Source of the DNA: Candidatus Omnitrophota bacterium
GTDB taxonomy: Bacteria > Omnitrophota > Gorgyraeia > Gorgyraeales > Gorgyraeaceae
Assembly: GCA_043814965.1 (NCBI GenBank)
Contig: JBDRJN010000032.1
Coordinates: forward strand, 20,126-84,125
Length of the DNA: 64,000 nt
Direction: 5' to 3'
In this document: in pieces, positions 23,592-31,265 of the stretch
Position numbering within the stretch: the first letter of the stretch is position 1
Layout: each line of letters opens with the position of its first letter
The notes under the pieces: model-generated
The model's database searches: none
What the model was told of the DNA's origin: nothing
Seen by the model: only the letters and a program-made list of their open reading frames with translations
Position numbers and translations under genes: made by a program

Positions 23592-23803
23592 GATAAAAGG
23601 AATTCTGTAAGCGAATTTGAAAATTTAACCTTTTATGAAGCGTTTTGGCGGTTTTTAAAAGGCTCGAAACTATCCGAAGCCAGCACGCCAGATTTTGTGC
23701 TGGCAAGTTTTTCGAGCCCCGACAAAATGCGTAATAAAAGGTGTCCCAAAGTAAATTCTATAAGTGGGAAATTTTCACCTGAGCGAACGGAATTCCTTTT
23801 ATC
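23592..23803. repeat. 212-bp element bounded by a perfect 14-bp inverted repeat (GATAAAAGGAATTC / GAATTCCTTTTATC). It encloses a nested GC-rich hairpin.
   Basis: The inverted repeat and the inner hairpin (GGCTCGAAA..GCCAGCAC..GTGCTGGC..TTTCGAGCC, 23661-23718) were read directly from the sequence. On the minus strand the outer stem is followed by UUUUUU. No ORF lies inside; the + ORF 23697..24038 is spurious. Confidence 0.5.
23648..23718 (-). terminator. Terminator-like nested hairpin downstream of glnK2
   Basis: A 9-bp outer stem and an 8-bp inner stem, followed by UUUUAAAAACC on the minus strand. Confidence 0.45.
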
Positions 23804-23830
23804 TTTAAACAAATTACTAACTATAACTTG

Positions 23831-24172
23831 TTACCCTATTGCCTTTCCTCCAGTTTCCCCTGTACGGATCCTTATACATTCAGGAAGGTCCAGCACAAAT
23901 ATCTTCCCATCTCCTATATTGCCCGTCTTGGCGCCTTTTATGATAGCATCAATAGTAGGCTTAACAAAATCCTCATTTACCGCTATCTCCAACCTTACCT
24001 TTTTAAGAAGATTTACATCATGTATAACTCCTCTATAGGTTTCTGTAAAGCCTTTTTGCTGTCCGCAGCCAAGCACATTAGAGACTGTCATCTTGTAAAC
24101 CTGCGCATCGTAAAGCGCTTTTTTAACATCAGGTAATTTATGCGGTTGTACCATTGCTATTATTAACTTCAT
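23831..24172 (-). CDS. glnK: P-II protein, GlnK-type, amt-linked
   Basis: 113 aa paralogous to the glnB at 21761. It lies immediately downstream of the second amt. Confidence 0.9.
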   Translation of the reverse strand: MKLIIAMVQPHKLPDVKKALYDAQVYKMTVSNVLGCGQQKGFTETYRGVIHDVNLLKKVRLEIAVNEDFVKPTIDAIIKGAKTGNIGDGKIFVLDLPECIRIRTGETGGKAIG

Positions 24173-24256
24173 ATTACACCTCCGAAATTTTGCGAAGCAA
24201 AATTAAGCCCCGAGCAGCAACAGTCAATAACTATGCCGCGAGGGACAAGTTATGCT

Positions 24257-25513
24257 TTATTGGGTAGTAAAGATCTCGAATCCAGCGTATGATTCCATGC
24301 CATGCTCTCCTATATCTAGGCCTTTCAGTTCCTCTTCTTTTGAAACTCTTAGCCCTACTGTCTTATCTATTAATTTAAAAATAATGCTCATTGATGCGAC
24401 AATAAAAAGCGCTACTGATAGAACCCCCAGAGCCTGTATCCCAAGCTGAGTAAAGCCTCCTCCATAAAAAAGTCCGTTATTCGCAAGGCCAAGCGCTTTC
24501 TGGCCGAACAATCCTATAGAAAGAGTGCCCCATATACCATTTATGCCGTGTACAGGAAAAGCTCCCACGGGGTCATCTATGTGAAGTTTGTCCAATATAA
24601 CCACTGCCAATACTACTATAAACCCACCTATCATACCTATAATAATAGCTGCCCATGGCTCTACATATGCGCAAGGAGCAGTTATCGCTACGAGCCCTGC
24701 CAATGCTCCGTTCATTGCCATAGAGAGATCTGGTTTTCCAAATATCTTCCACACAGCAGCCATGGCTGTAAGACATCCTAAAGCTGCGGCGAGATTAGTA
24801 TTAATAGCTATTCTTGATATTAAATCTCCGTTTCCCACCCCAAGCGTAGAACCCGGGTTAAACCCAAACCACCCAAACCACAGTATAAATACCCCTAAAG
24901 AAGCCAGAGGTATTGAATGTCCTGCTATAGCATTTGCGGAACCATCAGCATTATATTTTCCTGTCCTTGGCTTTAACATTATAGTGCCTACCAGGGCTGC
25001 TACACCTCCTACTAGATGTACTACAGTAGAACCTGCAAAATCAGAAAACCCCAGCTTAGCCAGCCATCCTCCGCCCCATATCCAATGGCCTACGACCGGA
25101 TATATAAAAGCGGATATCAGAAAGGAATATACCAAGTATGCCTGAAACTTCATGCGTTCAGCCATGCCTCCCGCAACAATCGTTGCTGCTGCGCCGCAAA
25201 ATGCTGCCTGGAATAGCCAAAAAGCATATAAAGGTACGCCTGCGCCTGATTCAGCGCCATTCAAAAACCAGCCTTTTAATCCAATAAAACTATTTCCTGC
25301 GCCAAACATTATTGCATAGCCAAATACGAAAAATCCTAAAGACGCCATACAAAAATCCAGGAAATTCTTGGTCAATATGTTACATGTGTTTTTTGCCCTT
25401 ATGAATCCAGCTTCTACCATACCAAATCCAGCTTGCATAAAAAACACTAAAAATGCTGCCAACAATACCCATACAGTATCAAGCCCTGCCCTTAGATCAA
25501 CTAAAGTTTCCAT
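24257..25513 (-). CDS. amt: Ammonium transporter, second copy
   Basis: 418 aa Amt family protein. Confidence 0.9.
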   Translation of the reverse strand: METLVDLRAGLDTVWVLLAAFLVFFMQAGFGMVEAGFIRAKNTCNILTKNFLDFCMASLGFFVFGYAIMFGAGNSFIGLKGWFLNGAESGAGVPLYAFWLFQAAFCGAAATIVAGGMAERMKFQAYLVYSFLISAFIYPVVGHWIWGGGWLAKLGFSDFAGSTVVHLVGGVAALVGTIMLKPRTGKYNADGSANAIAGHSIPLASLGVFILWFGWFGFNPGSTLGVGNGDLISRIAINTNLAAALGCLTAMAAVWKIFGKPDLSMAMNGALAGLVAITAPCAYVEPWAAIIIGMIGGFIVVLAVVILDKLHIDDPVGAFPVHGINGIWGTLSIGLFGQKALGLANNGLFYGGGFTQLGIQALGVLSVALFIVASMSIIFKLIDKTVGLRVSKEEELKGLDIGEHGMESYAGFEIFTTQ

Positions 25514-25524
25514 AATCCCCTCCT

Positions 25525-26289
25525 TTATAAGCTAAAAGCTACTGTCACTCCTCCATAAAATTCGTTATCGTAATTGCCGTCATCTGCGTCCTTAAGGTCT
25601 CCGAAAGGCATGTCATAATTTATAACAGGCGATATTGAACAGATATCTGTTAATTTGATAGTAAGCCCTGCTCCAAGATTAACATGCCCTCCTTCTCCTT
25701 TAATAAACAACTCCTTGTTGTACCCAACTCCTCCTGATAAGTCCAAGGTTACTGGAGAATCTCCTACAGGCTCAGAATGGCTAAGACTAAGATAAACATA
25801 ATCTCCGCTTCCTCCTCCTGAGTCTTCTTCTCCAAAATCATGATAAAACGTTATAGAAGGAGAAAGTAATGTATCCAAGCTTGTTCCTATAAACCATTCC
25901 CTGCTGGCTCCGTCTGCTGCCGGAAAATCATAATACGTAAAACCTCCTGAGAGCGACACTGGGGTTCCAGGGATAGGATAACTATAACTTATAGAATAAT
26001 CCACCTCTTCGGAAGATGTCAAAGAATCATCCGAATCTATATCAGCGCTTCCCCAAATGCTTGTCTCAAAATCATAACCACTAACATAGACTCCTGGCTG
26101 AACCACTGGATCGCCATCAAGTTTTATACCTCTCCATATGTATTTCGAGAAAAAGCCAATATCCGAAAAAACGCTGATATCATGCCCTTCTAACAAAGGC
26201 TTTGTGTCTTCTGCAAAAACTCTCCTGGCCGTGAAACTGACCGAAAAACAAATCATTAATATCAATAATCCTTTTATAAGCTTCATCAT
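25525..26289 (-). CDS. Small outer-membrane beta-barrel, porin-like protein. It heads the amt2-glnK2 operon.
   Basis: The likely true start is MMKLIKGLLILMICFSVSFTA (signal peptide), with a GGGGAAGGGA SD just upstream. The track start at 26361 would run through the terminator hairpin. The protein has alternating beta-strand patterns, acidic loops and a C-terminal ...VTVAFSL. Confidence 0.5.
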   Translation of the reverse strand: MMKLIKGLLILMICFSVSFTARRVFAEDTKPLLEGHDISVFSDIGFFSKYIWRGIKLDGDPVVQPGVYVSGYDFETSIWGSADIDSDDSLTSSEEVDYSISYSYPIPGTPVSLSGGFTYYDFPAADGASREWFIGTSLDTLLSPSITFYHDFGEEDSGGGSGDYVYLSLSHSEPVGDSPVTLDLSGGVGYNKELFIKGEGGHVNLGAGLTIKLTDICSISPVINYDMPFGDLKDADDGNYDNEFYGGVTVAFSL

Positions 26290-26304
26290 TCCCTTCCCCT
26301 TTTT

Positions 26305-26415
26305 TGTAAAAGTTAAAAAATAAAACAGGCGTTCTTTATAAGAACGCCTTCGTATCAACACAACTATGTGTCTTTATCTGCTTATACAAGTAAGAATTTG
26401 ATTACTTTGGTAACT
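26305..26415 (-). promoter_or_regulatory. Conserved nitrogen-regulon leader module, copy E3. Upstream of porin-amt2-glnK2.
   Basis: Blocks on the gene strand: AGTTACCAA, then 12 nt, then TTCTTACTTGTATA. Next come the palindrome ACACATAGTTGTGT and ACGAAGGCGTTCTTAT, which forms the 5' arm of a strong terminator (GGCGTTCTT-ATA-AAGAACGCC plus UGUUUUAUUUUUU). The start follows ~35 nt later. Confidence 0.55.
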
Positions 26416-26472
26416 CCGTATCAAACTTTAACATAATTTAATTCTGGGACTTGGTATTGAGCAGATCACTTT

Positions 26473-26988
26473 TTAATCAAACTTCCTATGCCATTTTTTT
26501 ATTATGTTCTTCTTATGCTTTAGGATCATGACATGGGATATATTCATCTCTTTTGCAGCTTCCCGAACTGTATATCCCTTAAGGAGATACGAGAGTACGG
26601 TCTTTTCGCTATCCGTCAAGCCTATGCCCTTCAATTCATCAACCGTAAGCCTGCGCTCCATGCTATCCGGAAAGCTTTCCTTTTTGTCTTCAAGGATATC
26701 GCCTAACGTCAGGTCTGTTGAAGGAATGATTTCATTGAGACTTGTTAATAATGCCTTTGGCCTTCCTTTTCTTAAAAAATTTTGAATATGGAACTCGCAC
26801 CCTTTGATAATATAACTCTCATTCTTATCGATCGGGGCCCCATACTTATAATTCTCTAGTAAATACAGGCACATCTCCTGATAAAGGTCATCTTCGCTAT
26901 AGAATCCTTTTAAGATATGCCTTCTAGCAATAAGCTTAAGCGTAGGAGTTATTTTTTCAAGTAGTATCCTAAAATCCATAAGTATCAC
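26473..26988 (-). CDS. ECF-type sigma-70 family factor
   Basis: 171 aa with a region-2-like segment (DDLYQEMCLYLLENY) and a region-4 HTH (LTDSEKTVLSYLLKGYTVREAAKEMNIS). An AGGTGA SD precedes the internal ATG (MDFRILL) at ~26979. Confidence 0.6.
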   Translation of the reverse strand: MILMDFRILLEKITPTLKLIARRHILKGFYSEDDLYQEMCLYLLENYKYGAPIDKNESYIIKGCEFHIQNFLRKGRPKALLTSLNEIIPSTDLTLGDILEDKKESFPDSMERRLTVDELKGIGLTDSEKTVLSYLLKGYTVREAAKEMNISHVMILKHKKNIIKKWHRKFD

Positions 26989-26995
26989 CTATTGA

Positions 26996-27045
26996 CTAAA
27001 AATAAAAAAGTCCTTTCCAGTAGAACTCTCTACCAAAAAGGACTT
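26996..27045 (-). terminator. Intrinsic terminator immediately upstream of the ECF sigma gene
   Basis: 9-bp stem (AAGTCCTTT...AAAGGACTT) with an inner hairpin, followed on the minus strand by UUUUUAUUUUUAG. Confidence 0.5.
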
Positions 27046-27054
27046 CATTGTCCT

Positions 27055-27087
27055 ATAAATATAAAAAGCGTTCCTTTCCTGGAACGC
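27055..27087 (-). terminator. Second tandem terminator in the spacer between the 266-aa gene and the ECF sigma gene
   Basis: GCGTTCC-AGGAAA-GGAACGC hairpin followed by UUUUUAUAUUUAU on the minus strand. Confidence 0.5.
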
Positions 27088-27250
27088 CTCATCGCCTTTA
27101 TATTGAGCACTATCTTTGTACTCAATATAAGTTTACCATCTTATGGGTGTACTGTCAATAGCCTTTTTTCTACTAGGGTTTTTCGCTGAGAAATCCAAGC
27201 GTCTTTTTGAGGCCCATCTCACAAAAAAAGCGAAGATCGTTTATAGCTTA

Positions 27251-28051
27251 TTATTCTCCGCTGAATGGAAGGAGTTTTTTGATAGTATCTCGTGCCTTCT
27301 TTGTAGCATCTTCTGCAGTATCTTTAAGTTTTCCTCCTGCGCCAAGCGCTGCACCTTTGGTATCTTTTACCAGGCCCGATGTAATACCAAACGCATCACT
27401 AAGGCCTTCTTTTAAAAGCCCTGATTCAAAATCTGTAAGGCTTGATATAGTTGTATTCATAAGCGCGTTCATTACTATAATATTCGTAAGGGCTTTAGGG
27501 TCAGTGATATTTCGATACGTAGCGTCTATATTGACCTTGAATTCTCTGGATTTTCCTTCCGGACCTTGCGTATAATCCTTATATACGACCTTGCCTATCT
27601 TAAGTTTTAATAAATCTATCTTTAGGTCTACTGCTCTCTTCTCTTCTTTTGTCCCGGTAGATGCTCCTTCTTTTTTCAGTGTCTTTAATGAATCTATATT
27701 AAGCTTGCCTGCGCTATTTTTTACAACAATAAGTTCTTTTAAATATAATCTTACTTCTTCTAGATGCACTTTTCCCTTTAAAAGGCCTTCTAAGTCATAG
27801 TCTACGTATATCTCTGGAAGATCAGCCATAAGCCTTTCTTTAAAACTATCTGGATTAAGCATCCTCAATTCTTTTATATCCACAAATGAATTGAATATCC
27901 CGACTTTAAAACTACCTACTTCCATCTTGAGTCCCGTTACAGCTCTTATAGCCATTGATACAGAGTTCTTTATTATAATGTCCTTTTCTAAAAAAAGTAT
28001 ACCCAAAGCAAGGGTTAAAATAATGATAATAATAAAAATTATCTTTTTCAT
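27251..28051 (-). CDS. Hypothetical membrane-anchored periplasmic protein
   Basis: 266 aa with an N-terminal TM (IIFIIIIILTLALGILFL), followed by a Lys-rich soluble domain. I recognise no family. Confidence 0.45.
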   Translation of the reverse strand: MKKIIFIIIIILTLALGILFLEKDIIIKNSVSMAIRAVTGLKMEVGSFKVGIFNSFVDIKELRMLNPDSFKERLMADLPEIYVDYDLEGLLKGKVHLEEVRLYLKELIVVKNSAGKLNIDSLKTLKKEGASTGTKEEKRAVDLKIDLLKLKIGKVVYKDYTQGPEGKSREFKVNIDATYRNITDPKALTNIIVMNALMNTTISSLTDFESGLLKEGLSDAFGITSGLVKDTKGAALGAGGKLKDTAEDATKKARDTIKKLLPFSGE

Positions 28052-28060
28052 ATTAAACTC

Positions 28061-28786
28061 CTATTCTGACGATCTTATAATAAGTGAATAGCCAAGGACT
28101 CCTGGATTCTGTATTAGAAGTGGGGTCCTTTTTTTATCATCAGCTAGATATAATTTAAAATGAGGCGGGTCGCTTATAAAAGCATGCGCTGCATATTTTC
28201 CCATCGGAGTCTCGATAGCCTCTTTTCCTTTATAGCTAACGATAAAATCAAGCGTCGGAAGAGATATATGAAACTTCTCTTTTTCTTTGAAATCAGCCTT
28301 TGCCCTGCAAAAATAAACTAGAAGTATCGCATTGTGGATCGGCGAATCTTTCTTTATAGAAGACTTTTTTGTCCTGAGGTTGCTTTTTGAGGTTATATCA
28401 ACTCTAAAATCTTTCTGGTCATAGGTCTCTATTATAGAATCATTGAACCCTATCTTTTTTTTGACCATGCGCCTTACTTCTTTTGGAAGGAATGTCCTCA
28501 TATCTCCGAATATCTCTTCTGTATCTTTAAATGAAGCTGCTTTCGTAAAAAATGTGACATGATATAACTTTTCGCCTCGTAATTCTTCTTCGCCGCGAAA
28601 ATCCAGTATAGCCTCTCCTATCCTAAGGCCTTTATACTTCACATCATATGTTAAGCGTTCATTTTTTTCAAAAGGTAAAGGCGTATTATACTCGATGCCT
28701 AAAACACTCTCTGAGGCGTGGTTATCGGATATAAAGACAGTCAGGCAAGATACTGCCATCATAAAGATCAAAGATATATTTTTCAT
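28061..28786 (-). CDS. Hypothetical secreted protein
   Basis: 241 aa with a signal peptide (MKNISLIFMMAVSCLTVFISDNHA). I recognise no family. Confidence 0.45.
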   Translation of the reverse strand: MKNISLIFMMAVSCLTVFISDNHASESVLGIEYNTPLPFEKNERLTYDVKYKGLRIGEAILDFRGEEELRGEKLYHVTFFTKAASFKDTEEIFGDMRTFLPKEVRRMVKKKIGFNDSIIETYDQKDFRVDITSKSNLRTKKSSIKKDSPIHNAILLVYFCRAKADFKEKEKFHISLPTLDFIVSYKGKEAIETPMGKYAAHAFISDPPHFKLYLADDKKRTPLLIQNPGVLGYSLIIRSSE

Positions 28787-28796
28787 GATTTTTAGG

Positions 28797-30131
28797 CTAT
28801 AGGATCGGCAAATATTTATCTATCTCATATTTAGAGACCTGGGCCTTGTATTCATCCCATTCTAGATATTTATTCCTTATAAAATATCCAAAGACCTTGT
28901 CCCCCAAAGCCTCTTTTAAAAGAGAGCTCTTTTCAGCAAGCTTTATTGCTTCATATAGGTCTTCCGGCAGAGAATTGATGGTTGCTTTTTCCCTATCCTT
29001 TTCCGTCATCTTATAGATGTTGTCTTCTGCAGGCTCTACGAGTTTATATTTCTTCTTTATACCTTCCAGGCCTGCCCTAAGCATCACTGAAAATGCCAGG
29101 TAGGGATTGCAGGCTGGATCAGGAGACCTGACCTCGATCCTTGTCGCGTGTTCTTTGCCAGGTTTATACATAGGGACCCTTACAAGAGCGGATCTATTCA
29201 TCTGTGCCCAACAGATGTAAACAGGCGCCTCATAACCCGGTATAAGCCTCTTATATGAATTGACCCACTGGTTTGTAACAACCGTGATCTCCGGGACATG
29301 TTTCAATATACCTGCTATAAAATATTTTGCTGTGTCTGACAGATGCCTTTTATCGGTCTTACTGAAAAATGCGTTCTTCTTGCCTTTAAAAAGAGACTGG
29401 TGCACATGCATGCCGCTTCCATTTATGCCATGTATTGGTTTTGGCATAAAAGTAGCATACACACCGTTCTGCCTGGCAACCTCTTTTACTACCATGCGGT
29501 ATGTCATGACATTGTCAGCCATCATAAGCGCGTCATTATATCTAAGGTCTATCTCATGCTGGGAACTAGCTACTTCATGATGAGAATATTCTACCTGGAC
29601 CCCCATCTTTTCCAGATTTATGACTGTCTGTCTTCTGAAATCCTGCGCAACATCCAAAGGCGTCAAATCGAAATATCCTCCTCTATCGAGTATTATTGTA
29701 TTATTAGGGTTATTAAAATAAAAATACTCCAGTTCCGGGCCTACATAATAATTGGTAAAGCCCATGTCTTTTGCAAGCTTGATGTTCCTCTTTAATACAA
29801 ATCTTGGATCTCCCTCAAAAGGTTTTCCGTTAGGCTGTAATATATCGCAGAACATCCTTGCAGAAAGCCCTTCTTTCTTCTTTCTCCATGGAATAAGCTG
29901 GAACGTAGAGATATCAGGAAAAGCTACCATATCACTCTCTTCGATGCGGGCAAATCCTTCAATGGATGAACCGTCAAAACCCATACCTTCTGACAATGCC
30001 TTATCAAGCTCATTTCTTGTGATAGTGACTCCTTTTTGAAAACCCAATACATCAGTAAACCAGAGCTTGATAAATTTAATGTTATGTTTTTTTACTAACC
30101 TTAAAACGTCTTTTTTGGTTTTAATTAACAT
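28797..30131 (-). CDS. glnA: Glutamine synthetase type I, second copy
   Basis: 444 aa with the same GS signature blocks as the copy at 20166 (GFDGSSI, SHHEVASSQHE, NGSGMHVHQS, NSYKRL). Its start overlaps the queF stop. Confidence 0.9.
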   Translation of the reverse strand: MLIKTKKDVLRLVKKHNIKFIKLWFTDVLGFQKGVTITRNELDKALSEGMGFDGSSIEGFARIEESDMVAFPDISTFQLIPWRKKKEGLSARMFCDILQPNGKPFEGDPRFVLKRNIKLAKDMGFTNYYVGPELEYFYFNNPNNTIILDRGGYFDLTPLDVAQDFRRQTVINLEKMGVQVEYSHHEVASSQHEIDLRYNDALMMADNVMTYRMVVKEVARQNGVYATFMPKPIHGINGSGMHVHQSLFKGKKNAFFSKTDKRHLSDTAKYFIAGILKHVPEITVVTNQWVNSYKRLIPGYEAPVYICWAQMNRSALVRVPMYKPGKEHATRIEVRSPDPACNPYLAFSVMLRAGLEGIKKKYKLVEPAEDNIYKMTEKDREKATINSLPEDLYEAIKLAEKSSLLKEALGDKVFGYFIRNKYLEWDEYKAQVSKYEIDKYLPIL

Positions 30132-30529
30132 ACTTTGCTCCCTTTGAATTCAGAACTTATAGTTGTTGTTATCCCCCCGCGAGTGTTAAATACTCCTTTG
30201 ATATATGCCCATCTTGGTTTGCAGGCCTTTACAAAATCATCTAAAATCTTATTTACCGCATGTTCGTGAAAAATACCTATATCCCTATAACTTACCAGGT
30301 ACATCTTTAAGCTCTTTAGCTCTACACATAGCTCATCAGGCCTATACTGGAGCATCAGGTTAGCAAAGTCAGGTAAGCCCGTCTTTGGGCATACACATGT
30401 AAATTCTGGATGTTCTAGATCTATCAAATAATCCTTATCAGAGTACTCATTGCGCCAGGTATCTATCTTTGGCATCTTGAGGCAGCGTACGTCTTTTTGT
30501 AGATCTCTGTAGGAATTTTTACTTGGCAT
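30125..30529 (-). CDS. queF: NADPH-dependent 7-cyano-7-deazaguanine (preQ0) reductase, type I (YkvM-like)
   Basis: 134 aa with the QueF motifs EFTCVCPKTGLPDF (catalytic Cys), ELKSLKMYL and the C-terminal NTRGG. Confidence 0.85.
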   Translation of the reverse strand: MPSKNSYRDLQKDVRCLKMPKIDTWRNEYSDKDYLIDLEHPEFTCVCPKTGLPDFANLMLQYRPDELCVELKSLKMYLVSYRDIGIFHEHAVNKILDDFVKACKPRWAYIKGVFNTRGGITTTISSEFKGSKVC

Positions 30530-30539
30530 AATATTTTTA

Positions 30540-31265
30540 TTACTTCATCTCATGCGTCATTACTATGGCTTCAGCGACATCCTTCATAGGCTTACGCCTA
30601 TCCATGCTGAACTTTTGTATCTTTCTAAAGGCATCTTCTTCTGTGAGACCTTCTTCTTTCATCAAGATACCTTTTGCTTTTTCTACTACTTTTCTTGTCT
30701 CGAGTTCTTCCTGTATAACACGCGTCTTTACCATAAGCTCTGTATTTTCTATAGCGATAGCTGCTTGATTTGCAACGCTTGTGAGGACGCTTATCTCTGT
30801 TTTTGAAAATTTATGCGGCTTTGAAGTGTAACAGTTTAAAGCTCCTATAACCTTATTTTTTACAGCTAAAGGCACGCACAAAAGTGAGGCAAGGCCTTCT
30901 TTTTGGGCAATATTTTTGTATTTGTATTCGGGATCCTTTAAAATATCCTCGACTACCAAAGGCTTATTAGCTGCGACTACTTTCCAGACCAAGCCCTCGC
31001 CTTTTTTTAGAGGGTCCTTACCTATATATTCTTCACTAATGCTTTGGGTTGCCCTTATAGAAAGATGTTCTTTTTTTTCATCCAAGAGCATAAGCGTACA
31101 GATCCTTGAATTCATGACTTCTGCTGTGACTGTTACGATAAGTTTGAGTATATCTTCTAGATAAAGATCGCTCGATATGGCTCTAGAGATCTTGGAAAGC
31201 GCTTCTATGGTATCAGCTGCTTTTGTATTCGTATTGGATCTTACTGCCTTATTTTTCTTTTTCAT
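30540..31265 (-). CDS. GAF-ANTAR domain RNA-binding antitermination regulator
   Basis: 241 aa. The N-terminal GAF domain is followed by a C-terminal ANTAR domain (ELETRKVVEKAKGILMKEEGLTEEDAFRKIQKFSMDRRKPMKDVAEAIV). It has a 4-nt overlap with lpxI. Confidence 0.8.
   Translation of the reverse strand: MKKKNKAVRSNTNTKAADTIEALSKISRAISSDLYLEDILKLIVTVTAEVMNSRICTLMLLDEKKEHLSIRATQSISEEYIGKDPLKKGEGLVWKVVAANKPLVVEDILKDPEYKYKNIAQKEGLASLLCVPLAVKNKVIGALNCYTSKPHKFSKTEISVLTSVANQAAIAIENTELMVKTRVIQEELETRKVVEKAKGILMKEEGLTEEDAFRKIQKFSMDRRKPMKDVAEAIVMTHEMK

Noticed and set aside
23592-23803. Calling the inverted-repeat-bounded 212-bp element a mobile element (MITE/IS)
   Set aside because: There is no transposase, no second copy in this window, and no verifiable target-site duplication. 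It is reported as a repeat or structured element only.
23697-24136. Plus-strand ORFs 23697..24038 and 23828..24136, overlapping the glnK2 gene and its terminator
   Set aside because: They are antisense to a well-supported P-II gene and to the inverted-repeat-bounded structured element. They have no RBS and a biased composition.
24588-25216. Plus-strand ORFs 24588..25145 and 25016..25216 inside amt2, plus the many other track ORFs antisense to large conserved genes (gltB, carB, gyrA/B, bamA and others)
   Set aside because: These are shadow ORFs on the opposite strand of strongly conserved proteins. None carries recognisable domains.
21528-26415. Sigma-54 (-24 GG / -12 GC) promoter in the conserved N-leaders
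   Set aside because: I searched both strands of E1-E3 for TGGCAC-N5-TTGC-like spacing. There is no GG...GC pair at 10-nt spacing in a conserved position. I did not see an NtrC-type AAA+ activator in the window either.
21528-26415. Canonical ANTAR dual-hexaloop RNA motif, or a glutamine riboswitch, in the conserved leaders
   Set aside because: Only one hairpin with an A1/G4 hexaloop is present, in E1. E2 and E3 have 3- to 4-nt loops at the equivalent position. I could not match the glutamine-riboswitch conserved strands from memory. The leaders are reported as a candidate attenuator, not as a known RNA family.
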